In this document: in pieces, positions 49,992-59,067 of the stretch
Layout of the letters: every line of letters starts with the position of its first letter
Position numbering within the stretch: position 1 is the first letter of the stretch
The notes under the pieces: model-generated
Database searches by the model: none
Told to the model about the DNA's origin: nothing
Seen by the model: only the letters and a program-made list of their open reading frames with translations
DNA from: a virus
IMG/VR virus record: IMGVR_UViG_3300042863_003045
Span: 1 to 64,000 of that record
Reading direction: 5' to 3' (one strand)
DNA: 64,000 nucleotides
Program-made: the position numbers and the translations under genes

Positions 49992-50053
49992 AATTTTAAA
50001 TTAATTTTCTTATATATTAAATTTTTATATTCTTTAAATTATCATAAATTAAC

Positions 50054-51655
50054 TCAGATATTTATAAATGATTTCAAATTATTCCAAAGCAATTCCCAAA
50101 TAATATTATCTTGATCATATTTAATTCTAATTAGATTAATAAAATTTTCCTCACAATAATTATTTTTTATTTCATCATTTATTTTATATTTTTCAAAAGC
50201 TTCAACTCCACCAAAAAAAGAAATTGGTTGAAAGTGTTGAATACCATCAAATTCTATACAGGTTCGTAAACTTTCGATATAAAAATCGAACTTAAGGTAA
50301 GATTTATTACGACATTCTGGAAAAATATGCTCTCTTATATAAGAGATTTTATATTTTTCAAGAAATTTACTTATTTCTCTCTCACCCTTCGAATCACTAC
50401 ACATTCTACAACCACTTCCGCTTAGATGTGATCCCGGCAATTGATGAAAGTGTCCGTGTAGTGGACACTTTATAGTTATTTTTGCCAAACTATTCACATA
50501 AAATGATTTTTCATAATTATATTTATTATTATGTATTTTATTTGATTGTTCAATAAATTCTTCTAAAGTTAGTGAATTTCTTAACTCAGGTGCATATATC
50601 AAATGGTTATGTGGTAATTGCTCATATATTTTATTATTGTAAATGATTTTAATAGGAAATTTGCATGAAATAAAATTGGATAATGAATAATCATATTTAT
50701 CTCCCCATTTTCTTTTCGATTTAATTAAGAAAATTTCTTGATTTAAGAAACCTTCTACTGGATATTTTAAATGTGATTTTGGTAATTGTTCATAGACTAT
50801 ACCATCATGAAGTATTTTCACTTTAGTTTTTGAATTTTTGTATTCAGTTAAAGAATAATCATATTTATCTCCCCATTTTAATTTTGCATCCATTATAAAT
50901 TCCTCCGTGCTATATTTCGGTATGTATATTCTGTCTCTATATTTATCACCACATTTTTTACAACCCATTCCTCTTAAATGTGAGTTAGCAACTTGGAGAA
51001 ATTCACCATGTTCTATACAGATAATAATAACTTTCTCATTAGAATAAGTATAATTTGTTTTTGAGTAATCATACTTTGAGTTATGAATTTTATTTGACCT
51101 TCTAATGAACTCAAGAGTATCTACTTTGTCTTTTTTTCTTTCTGGTGCATATATCAAGTGATTCGATGGAGTTTGTTCATAAACTATACCATTGAATATA
51201 ATTTCAACCTTCTCATTACAATTTTTAAATTTAACGAGTGAATAATCATACTTATCTTTCCATTTATCTTTAGATTTTTTTATAAAATACTCTAAATTCA
51301 TATTTGATTCAACAGATTGTCCTTGAAGGTGTGATGAAGAAGTTTGTTCAAAAACAATATCATCATAAATTATTTTTATTTTTTTATGAGCACCTTCATA
51401 TTTAACCAATGAGTAATCATATTTATCTCCCCAAATACTATATGCTTCTTTTAAAAAATTTTCTGTTGTCTTAATGGGAGTGTTTTTCTCAGGACACCTA
51501 CCCATTAGATGTTTTACCACACGCTGCTTATATAGTATATCATCAAATACAACATCAATTATATCATTTGATTTTATAATATCATTCAAATTTAAATAAG
51601 AGTATTTAAATCCATGCGTATTTCTTGCTTTTTGGAGGAAATCATATTTATTCAT
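50054..51655 (-). CDS. Free-standing homing endonuclease with about eight KYDYS repeats
   Basis: WGDKYDYSL..Y repeats, CxxHG, KFDFY...IEFDGIQHF...LIRIKY. Confidence 0.75.
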   Translation of the reverse strand: MNKYDFLQKARNTHGFKYSYLNLNDIIKSNDIIDVVFDDILYKQRVVKHLMGRCPEKNTPIKTTENFLKEAYSIWGDKYDYSLVKYEGAHKKIKIIYDDIVFEQTSSSHLQGQSVESNMNLEYFIKKSKDKWKDKYDYSLVKFKNCNEKVEIIFNGIVYEQTPSNHLIYAPERKKDKVDTLEFIRRSNKIHNSKYDYSKTNYTYSNEKVIIICIEHGEFLQVANSHLRGMGCKKCGDKYRDRIYIPKYSTEEFIMDAKLKWGDKYDYSLTEYKNSKTKVKILHDGIVYEQLPKSHLKYPVEGFLNQEIFLIKSKRKWGDKYDYSLSNFISCKFPIKIIYNNKIYEQLPHNHLIYAPELRNSLTLEEFIEQSNKIHNNKYNYEKSFYVNSLAKITIKCPLHGHFHQLPGSHLSGSGCRMCSDSKGEREISKFLEKYKISYIREHIFPECRNKSYLKFDFYIESLRTCIEFDGIQHFQPISFFGGVEAFEKYKINDEIKNNYCEENFINLIRIKYDQDNIIWELLWNNLKSFINI

Positions 51656-51780
51656 TAATTATATATAAAATTATTTCTTCCCCCCTTTGATTCTTTATTG
51701 TAAAAAAATATTTCATAATCACATAAAAAATCAAAAGGGGGAAATATTTATTAATATATACTTAAAAAATAATAAATAAA

Positions 51781-53007
51781 ATGGCTAAAACACAAACAAA
51801 AGAAGTAAAAAGGTTTGAATTCTCAAAAGTTGGATCGATTTTGGATAACATCTCTAAGTCAATTCCAATTCAAATTGAAAAAGAAATAAAAGAGAAAAAG
51901 TTTATATCAACAGGCGTCTACATAGTAGATGCTGCAATGTCTGGTAGATTATTAAATGGTGGTGTTGCAACTAACCGTATTAGTGTTTTTGCAGGAGAAA
52001 GTGGCTCAGGAAAATCATTTTTAGCATACTCTGTGGCTAAAAATGCTCAGAAATCTGGATACTCAATAATTTATATTGATACAGAACAAGCTGTCGATCT
52101 AGAAGATTTGCCAAAATTCGGAGTAAGTAACGACTTAGATAAATTTAGATTGGTTAGATCAAATAAAGTTGAAGATATTAATATAACATTAACTCAATTA
52201 GTAGATGAATTAAAAGAACAAAAATTAGCAGGATATGAATTGCCTAAATTAATGATTGTACTTGACTCATTAGGACAAATGGCTTCTAATAAAGAAAAAG
52301 CTGACTTATTAAAAGGTGAAATTAAACAAGATATGACCAAAGCAAAAGCAATTGGTTCTATGTTTCGATCTATTAATAATGATCTTGGATACTTAGATAT
52401 ACCTATGATTGTGTGTAACCATACATACTTGACGATGGATCTTTTCCCACAAGCAGTCATGAAAGGAGGTTTATCACTTTTATATTCAGCTTCAGTTATT
52501 GGATTTATGACCAAATCAAAATTGAAAACTGGTGAAGAAGATGATATGGATTTAGGACAATCAGGTATTACTGTTTTATTTAAAACACAAAAAAATCGTT
52601 TAGCAAAACCTAAAAAAATAAGATTTGATATATCTTTTGCAACTGGCATGAATTCCTTTACTGGATTAGATGCCTTCTGTCGTCCGGAATATTATGATAA
52701 AATAGGAATTGCAAAGGGTAAAGAAGAAGTAGATAAATCAACTGGTGAGATAACTTTTAAACCAGGAGGAAACCGTTGGTTTGTATCACATTTGGGAAAA
52801 TCAGTAACGACTAAACAATTATTTACGCAAGAAGTATTTACATCAGAAGTTTTAAAAAAAATGGAACCAATAGTAAATGATTATTTCAGATTCAAATCGA
52901 TTGAAGAAGTTGAAGAAGTTGAGAAAAATTTCAATTCAATTATTGAAGATGATGAAACAACTGATTATGATGGTGATTCATTTGACGCAGAAGATTTATT
53001 TGAATAA
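51781..53007 (+). CDS. uvsX: RecA/UvsX recombinase
   Basis: AGESGSGKS, YIDTE, IVLDSLG, DMTKAK, NHTY, MKGG. Confidence 0.9.
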   Translation: MAKTQTKEVKRFEFSKVGSILDNISKSIPIQIEKEIKEKKFISTGVYIVDAAMSGRLLNGGVATNRISVFAGESGSGKSFLAYSVAKNAQKSGYSIIYIDTEQAVDLEDLPKFGVSNDLDKFRLVRSNKVEDINITLTQLVDELKEQKLAGYELPKLMIVLDSLGQMASNKEKADLLKGEIKQDMTKAKAIGSMFRSINNDLGYLDIPMIVCNHTYLTMDLFPQAVMKGGLSLLYSASVIGFMTKSKLKTGEEDDMDLGQSGITVLFKTQKNRLAKPKKIRFDISFATGMNSFTGLDAFCRPEYYDKIGIAKGKEEVDKSTGEITFKPGGNRWFVSHLGKSVTTKQLFTQEVFTSEVLKKMEPIVNDYFRFKSIEEVEEVEKNFNSIIEDDETTDYDGDSFDAEDLFE

Positions 53008-53009
53008 TT

Positions 53010-53207
53010 ATGAAACAGATTATCTTCAATATTTTAAGTCAGAAAGACCTTTTAAATAAAGGTTATGATATAGAAGAGCTTTATAAGGCAGGTATAGATA
53101 ATATTATTTTAAGTATAGAATACTATCATGATAAGCCCTATACCTGTCAATCTGTTCTACAAGAATTATTTCAAAGGGGGGTTTTAAAGAAACTAAAAGA
53201 AATTTGA
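53010..53207 (+). CDS. Hypothetical protein
   Basis: 65 aa ORF directly after uvsX. Confidence 0.45.
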   Translation: MKQIIFNILSQKDLLNKGYDIEELYKAGIDNIILSIEYYHDKPYTCQSVLQELFQRGVLKKLKEI

Positions 53208-53477
53208 TTATCTATATTTTATAACTCCTCCTATATTATTGGTACTTAATTTCATATGTTTTGGATAACCGGTTGTTTTCAATTGATATCCTGTTATCTG
53301 ATCTGGGAATTTAGTAAAGTATTTCACTAAGTCAGATTTTATTTCATCAATAGAATCATAGTCTTCTTCTTCAATATTCATAATTTGAATCAATTGTCTG
53401 ATATTATTTTCAACATATGATTCTGCTGTTAACTTATGTTTTAAATTAAATTCTGAAAATCCTTTTAAATTATCCAT
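53208..53477 (-). CDS. Small protein with leader
   Basis: MDNLKGFSEFN; AATATATA box upstream. Confidence 0.55.
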   Translation of the reverse strand: MDNLKGFSEFNLKHKLTAESYVENNIRQLIQIMNIEEEDYDSIDEIKSDLVKYFTKFPDQITGYQLKTTGYPKHMKLSTNNIGGVIKYR

Positions 53478-53519
53478 TTTGAGAATTATATATTAAAATA
53501 CTTTTCATATATTTGTGAT

Positions 53520-54116
53520 ATGAGAATAGAAACACAAAACATATTTTTCATTTCAGATCTGCACATAGGCCATTCCAATGTAATAAAATTTGACGAAAAA
53601 GATCACCTAAGTTGAATACAATATCATCCTCACCAACAACAGAGTTCCACCTCTCAATTAATTCAGAGTGCATCTCATTAACGTCTTTGAATGGATTTAA
53701 AAACTGCAAAATGGTTTGTCAGTCAGTTGAATGGCAAAATATACCATATCATGGGGAACCATGATAAAATGAGAGATATGGTTGAACTTGGAAGATTTGA
53801 AAAGATTTTTGGAGATTCAACTGGACTTGGTGGAGCTACAATACAAGTTCAAGATTCTGATTCAAACAGAGGTTATCAAGATATTGTAATGTGTCATTAT
53901 CCTATTCTTTCTTGGAACAAATCACATCACTCTTCCTGGCATCTTCATGGACACACCCATCATTCTCTGAGTAAGAATCCTGATATGAAATGGTTCTATG
54001 AGAGGAAAGTTCTTGATATGGGTTGTAACGGTTGGGATTATACACCAGTATCTTATCTTCAAGTAAAAGAGATAATGAAGGAGAGAGAAATTAAATCAGT
54101 AGATCATCATTCATGA
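53520..54116 (+). pseudogene. Calcineurin-like metallophosphoesterase interrupted by an internal inversion
   Basis: ISDLHIGH (+), LGDL block on the - strand, MGNHD, CHYP and HLHGHTH (+). Confidence 0.8.
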
Positions 54117-54193
54117 AGTCTTTCAGATCAGGGGAAGATCTCGATCTAATTTTAATATATATATTATATTATATATCATGATGTTACATGTTT

Positions 54194-54910
54194 TTAATAA
54201 TGCGAAGGGTTAATTCCTATAAATTCACTATCACCTTTAACATCTTCACAAGATAAAATCCATTTAAGAAAGTTCATAGTTAATGAGATAGTTATTTTAT
54301 CATCAATATCTGATTCTAATTTATCTTTATCAATAAATTTATTTAATAGAAAATTTATATCTAAGTGAGGAATTTCTTCGATTTCTACTTTTTTATTAGA
54401 TACTTTATTAAAAATATATTCTTTTATATTTTCTCTAATAATTTGTATTTCTACTTCAGTGAATACAATCACTTCAAAATCATTTTGAATATCTTCGACT
54501 TGGAATATATGTTTTTCCGAGTCTATAACATTTATACTACTTAAAGAAACACCAAATTCATTTGCTATCATTTTTTCGTGTAATATAGATGATTGTTCTA
54601 TTCCTTTCCATATACAATCACGAATAGAAATAATTTTAAATTCATCTGATTCAAAGAATTTAAAATTTTCAAATGTTAAAACACCATCTTTTTCCATTGA
54701 TTCTCTATCATCGAGAACATCATTTATTACACGATTTATATTTTTAATGTCTGATAATCCTTTTCTTTCTAAAAAGTTTTTCAATTTATCACTATTTCTA
54801 AGGTATTTACCTAATTTCGAAGGTCTAATCTTATGATTATCAATATAATCATCTATAAACTCATTTACGAGTTGATAATACTTATTTGCGTCTTCTGAAT
54901 TTTTTATCAT
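54194..54910 (-). CDS. Hypothetical protein
   Basis: 238 aa; internal VLTFENFKFFES motif. Confidence 0.6.
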   Translation of the reverse strand: MIKNSEDANKYYQLVNEFIDDYIDNHKIRPSKLGKYLRNSDKLKNFLERKGLSDIKNINRVINDVLDDRESMEKDGVLTFENFKFFESDEFKIISIRDCIWKGIEQSSILHEKMIANEFGVSLSSINVIDSEKHIFQVEDIQNDFEVIVFTEVEIQIIRENIKEYIFNKVSNKKVEIEEIPHLDINFLLNKFIDKDKLESDIDDKITISLTMNFLKWILSCEDVKGDSEFIGINPSHY

Positions 54911-55019
54911 AATAGTAGTATATATATTAAAAAAAATATATTATTTTTAAAACAAACAATAATTTCTTTATATATAGTATTACGGAATATTCCGATAAAA
55001 AATCAAAAAAGAAAAAATA

Positions 55020-55190
55020 ATGAAAAACGTTTTCGCATTAATGTTTGTTGTTCTTTTAGCTTCTTGTGGTGCTATCACAGAACAAGAAGTAGAGGCTGTT
55101 GACACAACCGCAGTTGAAGTAGTAGCTGCAGAAGTTGAAGTAGTTGAAGTTGATACAACAGTTGTTGATACAACTGTTGTTGCTCAATAA
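55020..55190 (+). CDS. Small lipoprotein (56 aa, not in ORF track)
   Basis: MKNVFALMFVVLLASC lipobox; V/E/T-rich tail with three DTT. Confidence 0.7.
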   Translation: MKNVFALMFVVLLASCGAITEQEVEAVDTTAVEVVAAEVEVVEVDTTVVDTTVVAQ

Positions 55191-55209
55191 TCTAAAAAGA
55201 CATCAAATT

Positions 55210-55239
55210 AAAAAGGCCTCCCAAAGTGGAGGTTTTTTT
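55210..55239 (+). terminator. Intrinsic terminator
   Basis: GGCCTCC-CAAAGT-GGAGGTTTTTTT. Confidence 0.65.
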
Positions 55240-55267
55240 ATGCAAAAAATTTTTTAATATATAGATA

Positions 55268-56173
55268 ATGAATATCTATTATGTATATGCTTATTTAGAT
55301 CCAAGAAATCCAGGAAAGTTCAAATATGAGGACATTGAATTTGATTATGAGCCATTTTATATAGGAAAAGGAAAAAATTCAAGAATGATAAGACATTTGG
55401 ATCCTAATAATGAACACAATCAACTAAAGAAAAATAAGATAAAAAAAATAATTGGTAGTGGATTGATCCCTATAATAATTAAGATAAAAGAAGAAATTTC
55501 AAATAGTGATGCCTTAAATTTAGAAATAAAATTAATAAATATAATAGGAAGAAAAATAAGAAATAGTGGACCTCTTTTAAATTTTTCAAAAGGAGGAGAA
55601 ACGTTTCTTGGATATAAACACAAAGAAGATTTTAAAAAAAAGTTAAATAAAAGAGTTATAAAATACGATTTAGAAGGCAATAAATTAGAAGAATATGAAT
55701 CTGTAAAAGAAGCTGGTGAAAAAAATAATATCCTACCTCAAACAATAAGCAGTTTTTGTAGTGGATCAATTAAAATATCTAAAGACAATTTTATTTTTTT
55801 ATATCATAACGAAAAGTTTGAAAAAAGAGAAAGAAATAAAAAGCAATATGTAGTAGAACGAATAGATTATAATAATAGTATAGTAGAATATGATTCTCTT
55901 ACAGATGCTGCAATAAAAAATAATGCAAACCTATCAAAAATAAATAGTGTTTGTATGGGGAAAAGATTCCACACATCTGGATATCTATGGAGATATAAAT
56001 GGCATACAGATAAACTTAAATTCGATGAAATAATAAATAGTAATTTTAAAAAATATATTGATTTAATGGATTCTGAAATAGAATTTGAAGGAAATATGTA
56101 TAAAAATATACTTCATTTAGTAAAAGAAAAAGGATTGAGAATAAACAATATAATTAAAATGATAAATAGATAA
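55268..56173 (+). CDS. GIY-YIG homing endonuclease with NUMOD1-like repeats
   Basis: YYVYAYLDPR...FYIGKGK.SR...E..LI...LLN; YDLEGN..EEYES..EA; GYLWRY. Confidence 0.8.
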   Translation: MNIYYVYAYLDPRNPGKFKYEDIEFDYEPFYIGKGKNSRMIRHLDPNNEHNQLKKNKIKKIIGSGLIPIIIKIKEEISNSDALNLEIKLINIIGRKIRNSGPLLNFSKGGETFLGYKHKEDFKKKLNKRVIKYDLEGNKLEEYESVKEAGEKNNILPQTISSFCSGSIKISKDNFIFLYHNEKFEKRERNKKQYVVERIDYNNSIVEYDSLTDAAIKNNANLSKINSVCMGKRFHTSGYLWRYKWHTDKLKFDEIINSNFKKYIDLMDSEIEFEGNMYKNILHLVKEKGLRINNIIKMINR

Positions 56174-57078
56174 TGAATTTCACACAGACAAAAACATTCT
56201 ATAATAATAAACCAATAGAATATATCATAAAAGAAACTTATAATGACCTTAAAGAGGATAGAGAATTTATTCCACGATTTTCTTTAAAGAAATTTAAAGG
56301 ATTTGAGAAAATTCCTGTAAATGAGCCAATTAAGTACGATGAAAAACTTATAATTAAAGCAATTGAATATGGCCTTGTTTTCCTTATTAACTATAAAGGA
56401 GAAAAAGATAAAAATTTTGCTGGACATGAAAGGGTTATCTATCCGATGGTAATTGGACGTTCCTCAAAAGGAAAAACGCTTATAAGGGGATGGCACCTAA
56501 ACGGTTGGTCTGTATCAAACAGAAGGCATATTAATAAGATATGGAGACTTTTCAGAGCTGATAGAATATTATCTATGACTTTTACTGGTTCTTTTTATAG
56601 GTTGCCTCCTGCTGGTTATAATATGAATGATAAGGGAATGAGAGGTGGTATAATAGCTAAAGCAGATTTTAATCAAATAAGAAGGAATCAACAGAAATTA
56701 GTTCAGCAGAATGCGATTCAGAATAGAGATGAAGTATCACTTGGAACAGAAGAAAGGAAATTCGCTACTGTTAGAATAAAAGCAACTGATACTAAACTTG
56801 ATCTATTGAAAGCAGTTGAGAATCCTTATATAAACAATTTGAAAGATTCAGAAAGTCTAAGGATATCATTTTTAAAGAGTATTTATGGAAATCAGTATAT
56901 TGCTATACTTGGTGCGCTTGGAGAGCCTGGCAACACCGTAAAAGTACTTACTGATAAGGGAAATAATATTGGTGTTTTTAAAGTACTTGACTCAACAACT
57001 GGTAAAGTATTGAAAAGTATAAAAAATGTAAAGGGCAATAGCATCTATGATCTTTATATTTTTGATAAAAAAATTTAA
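56173..57078 (+). CDS. WYL-like domain protein
   Basis: INYKG...RVIYPMVIG...IRGW...WRLFRADRI. Confidence 0.55.
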   Translation: MNFTQTKTFYNNKPIEYIIKETYNDLKEDREFIPRFSLKKFKGFEKIPVNEPIKYDEKLIIKAIEYGLVFLINYKGEKDKNFAGHERVIYPMVIGRSSKGKTLIRGWHLNGWSVSNRRHINKIWRLFRADRILSMTFTGSFYRLPPAGYNMNDKGMRGGIIAKADFNQIRRNQQKLVQQNAIQNRDEVSLGTEERKFATVRIKATDTKLDLLKAVENPYINNLKDSESLRISFLKSIYGNQYIAILGALGEPGNTVKVLTDKGNNIGVFKVLDSTTGKVLKSIKNVKGNSIYDLYIFDKKI

Positions 57079-57166
57079 ATGGTGAGGATACTAAAGTTTA
57101 ATCAAATTAATGAATCAAATGAAATAAATATATGGAAATATAGATTTTATTTTAATATATAATACT

Positions 57167-58279
57167 ATGAGAATATTTAATTATAAAATTTTTAATGAGT
57201 CTGCTTCTATTGGAGATGATGATGGTGTGAATCAAATTGTCCAAAATTTATCAAGGATAATTAATGATATGAGATTTAAGTTGTTAAATCTTATAGAAAT
57301 CAATTCAAATATAGATGTTAAAGAGGAATTAGATCTTTTAAAAGATGAGTTTGGCGAGGATGTTATTAGAGATTTGAATATAGAAGCACTACTTAGAAAG
57401 TTATATCAGATAATTTCACTTAAAGGAAGTAACATAAAAGAAAGAATTTCAAATGAAATAGATTCATATTTAAATTCTTTAGAAAGTAGATTGAATAGTC
57501 AAAAAGAAATAAGTGATGATGATCATTTTGATGAATTTGAGGGAGAATATTCAATTCTGCCAAGAAAAAAATACGAAAAAGAGAAATTTGGACTTCAAGT
57601 TGAATTAATGAAACTACAAGAGTGGGTTGTTAAGAATAATAAAAAAGTTGCAATTGTATTTGAGGGTAGGGATTCTGCTGGAAAAGGTTCGACAATAAAA
57701 AGATTCATTGAATATATGAATCCTAAATATTTCAGGGTTGTTGCTCTTGGAATACCAAGTGAAGAAGAAAGGAACAATTGGTTTGGAAGGTATGAGAATC
57801 ATCTTCCTAAAGAAGGTGAAATAGTTTTTTTTGATAGAAGTTGGTACAATCGAGGTGTTGTTGAGCCGGTTATGGGATATTGTACAGAAGATCAATATGA
57901 TGATTTTATGGACAATGTTGTTAATTGGGAAGAATCTCTAATAAGAGATGGTATTATCTTGATAAAATTCTGGTTCTCTATAACGAAAGATAAACAACAA
58001 CAAAGATTTAAAATAAGACAAGAATCTCCATTAAAATATTGGAAGTTTTCACCAAATGATGCAAAAGTAGTTGATAAGTTCGAAATGATAGGAGAATTTA
58101 AAAATATTATGTTCCAAAAAACATCAACAAGAACAACTCCTTGGGTTGTTATAAACTCCAATGATAAAAAGATCGGAAGATTGAATGCGATCAGATATGC
58201 TCTGGATAAGATAGATTATGATGATAAAGATGAATCAAAATGCAAATGGTATCCAGAGGTAGTTAATGTTTTGTTGTAA
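57167..58279 (+). CDS. ppk2: Polyphosphate kinase 2 with N-terminal leader/extension
   Basis: LQVELMKLQ, FEGRDSAGKG, FDRSWYNR, WKFSP.D, KKIGRLN; MRIFNYKIFNES. Confidence 0.9.
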   Translation: MRIFNYKIFNESASIGDDDGVNQIVQNLSRIINDMRFKLLNLIEINSNIDVKEELDLLKDEFGEDVIRDLNIEALLRKLYQIISLKGSNIKERISNEIDSYLNSLESRLNSQKEISDDDHFDEFEGEYSILPRKKYEKEKFGLQVELMKLQEWVVKNNKKVAIVFEGRDSAGKGSTIKRFIEYMNPKYFRVVALGIPSEEERNNWFGRYENHLPKEGEIVFFDRSWYNRGVVEPVMGYCTEDQYDDFMDNVVNWEESLIRDGIILIKFWFSITKDKQQQRFKIRQESPLKYWKFSPNDAKVVDKFEMIGEFKNIMFQKTSTRTTPWVVINSNDKKIGRLNAIRYALDKIDYDDKDESKCKWYPEVVNVLL

Positions 58280-58296
58280 AATATGATTTAACACAA

Positions 58297-58443
58297 TTAG
58301 AGATTCTCTTTTTTAACTTTAGAATATTTATATACACCTCTTAGTAAAGTCCCATTAAATACATCAGGGAATTTATTGGAGAATTCTGAGGAAGCGAATT
58401 CCTCTTTAATAAAATCTAAATATCTTTTAATAATCTTACTCAC
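58297..58443 (-). pseudogene. Truncated leader-bearing ORF (48 aa)
   Basis: GTG start: MSKIIKRYLDFIKEEF...; AATATATA box upstream. Confidence 0.4.
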
Positions 58444-58543
58444 AAGCTATATATTTAGTTTTAAAACTAAAAAAATAAACAATCCAAAATTATTGAATAT
58501 AAACCCTATTATAGTTTATAAATTAAAAATAAAATAAAATAAT

Positions 58544-58867
58544 ATGAAAACACAGAAAGAACAACTTAAAGAACAACTTGGAAAAACAGTTGAATTGTCT
58601 AAAAATTTACAAGAACCTAGTAATGAAGATGAACAACAGATGTTAGATAATATTATGAATGAAATTAAAGATTTAGATGACTATTTAGATGAAATATCAA
58701 CAGTTGAAGGAACTGATGGTAAAAAATACAAACATAAAAATAATAAATTAGAAGATGAAAATGGTAATATATACACAAAATCAACTGATGATACAGATTA
58801 TGTTTTTTCAATTGTAAGTAAAGAAACCGGTAAAGAAGCTAAATATACTGTTTATAATAAAGATTAG
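58544..58867 (+). CDS. Hypothetical protein (probable cassette cargo)
   Basis: 107 aa ORF followed by the attC-like site. Confidence 0.6.
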   Translation: MKTQKEQLKEQLGKTVELSKNLQEPSNEDEQQMLDNIMNEIKDLDDYLDEISTVEGTDGKKYKHKNNKLEDENGNIYTKSTDDTDYVFSIVSKETGKEAKYTVYNKD

Positions 58868-58973
58868 AAAAATAAAAAATTAATTGTTCTTAAAAATTAT
58901 TAAAAATATACGGTGTGTCTTTTCTAAAATTTTCTAACACTAATGTTAATTCGGAGAACTGAATCACACTTAC

Positions 58974-59067
58974 ACATAACGGTAAAGTGTATGAGAAGGT
59001 TTGTTTAGATGAACTTTCAAATTAGCACAAAAATTTTTAACAAACTTTCTTATACACCTTGTTAGCA
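58974..59067. mobile_element. attC-like integron recombination site (94 bp)
   Basis: ACATAAC-GGTAAA-GTGTATGAGAAGGTTTGTT-loop-AACAAACTTTCTTATACAC-CTT-GTTAGCA; arms match 17/19. Confidence 0.75.

Noticed and set aside
5036-55239. Other hairpins (5036, 9414, 17421, 27382, 28260, 39256, 55210) as att sites
   Set aside because: Short stems with A/T tails and no AAC...GTT boundaries; ordinary terminators
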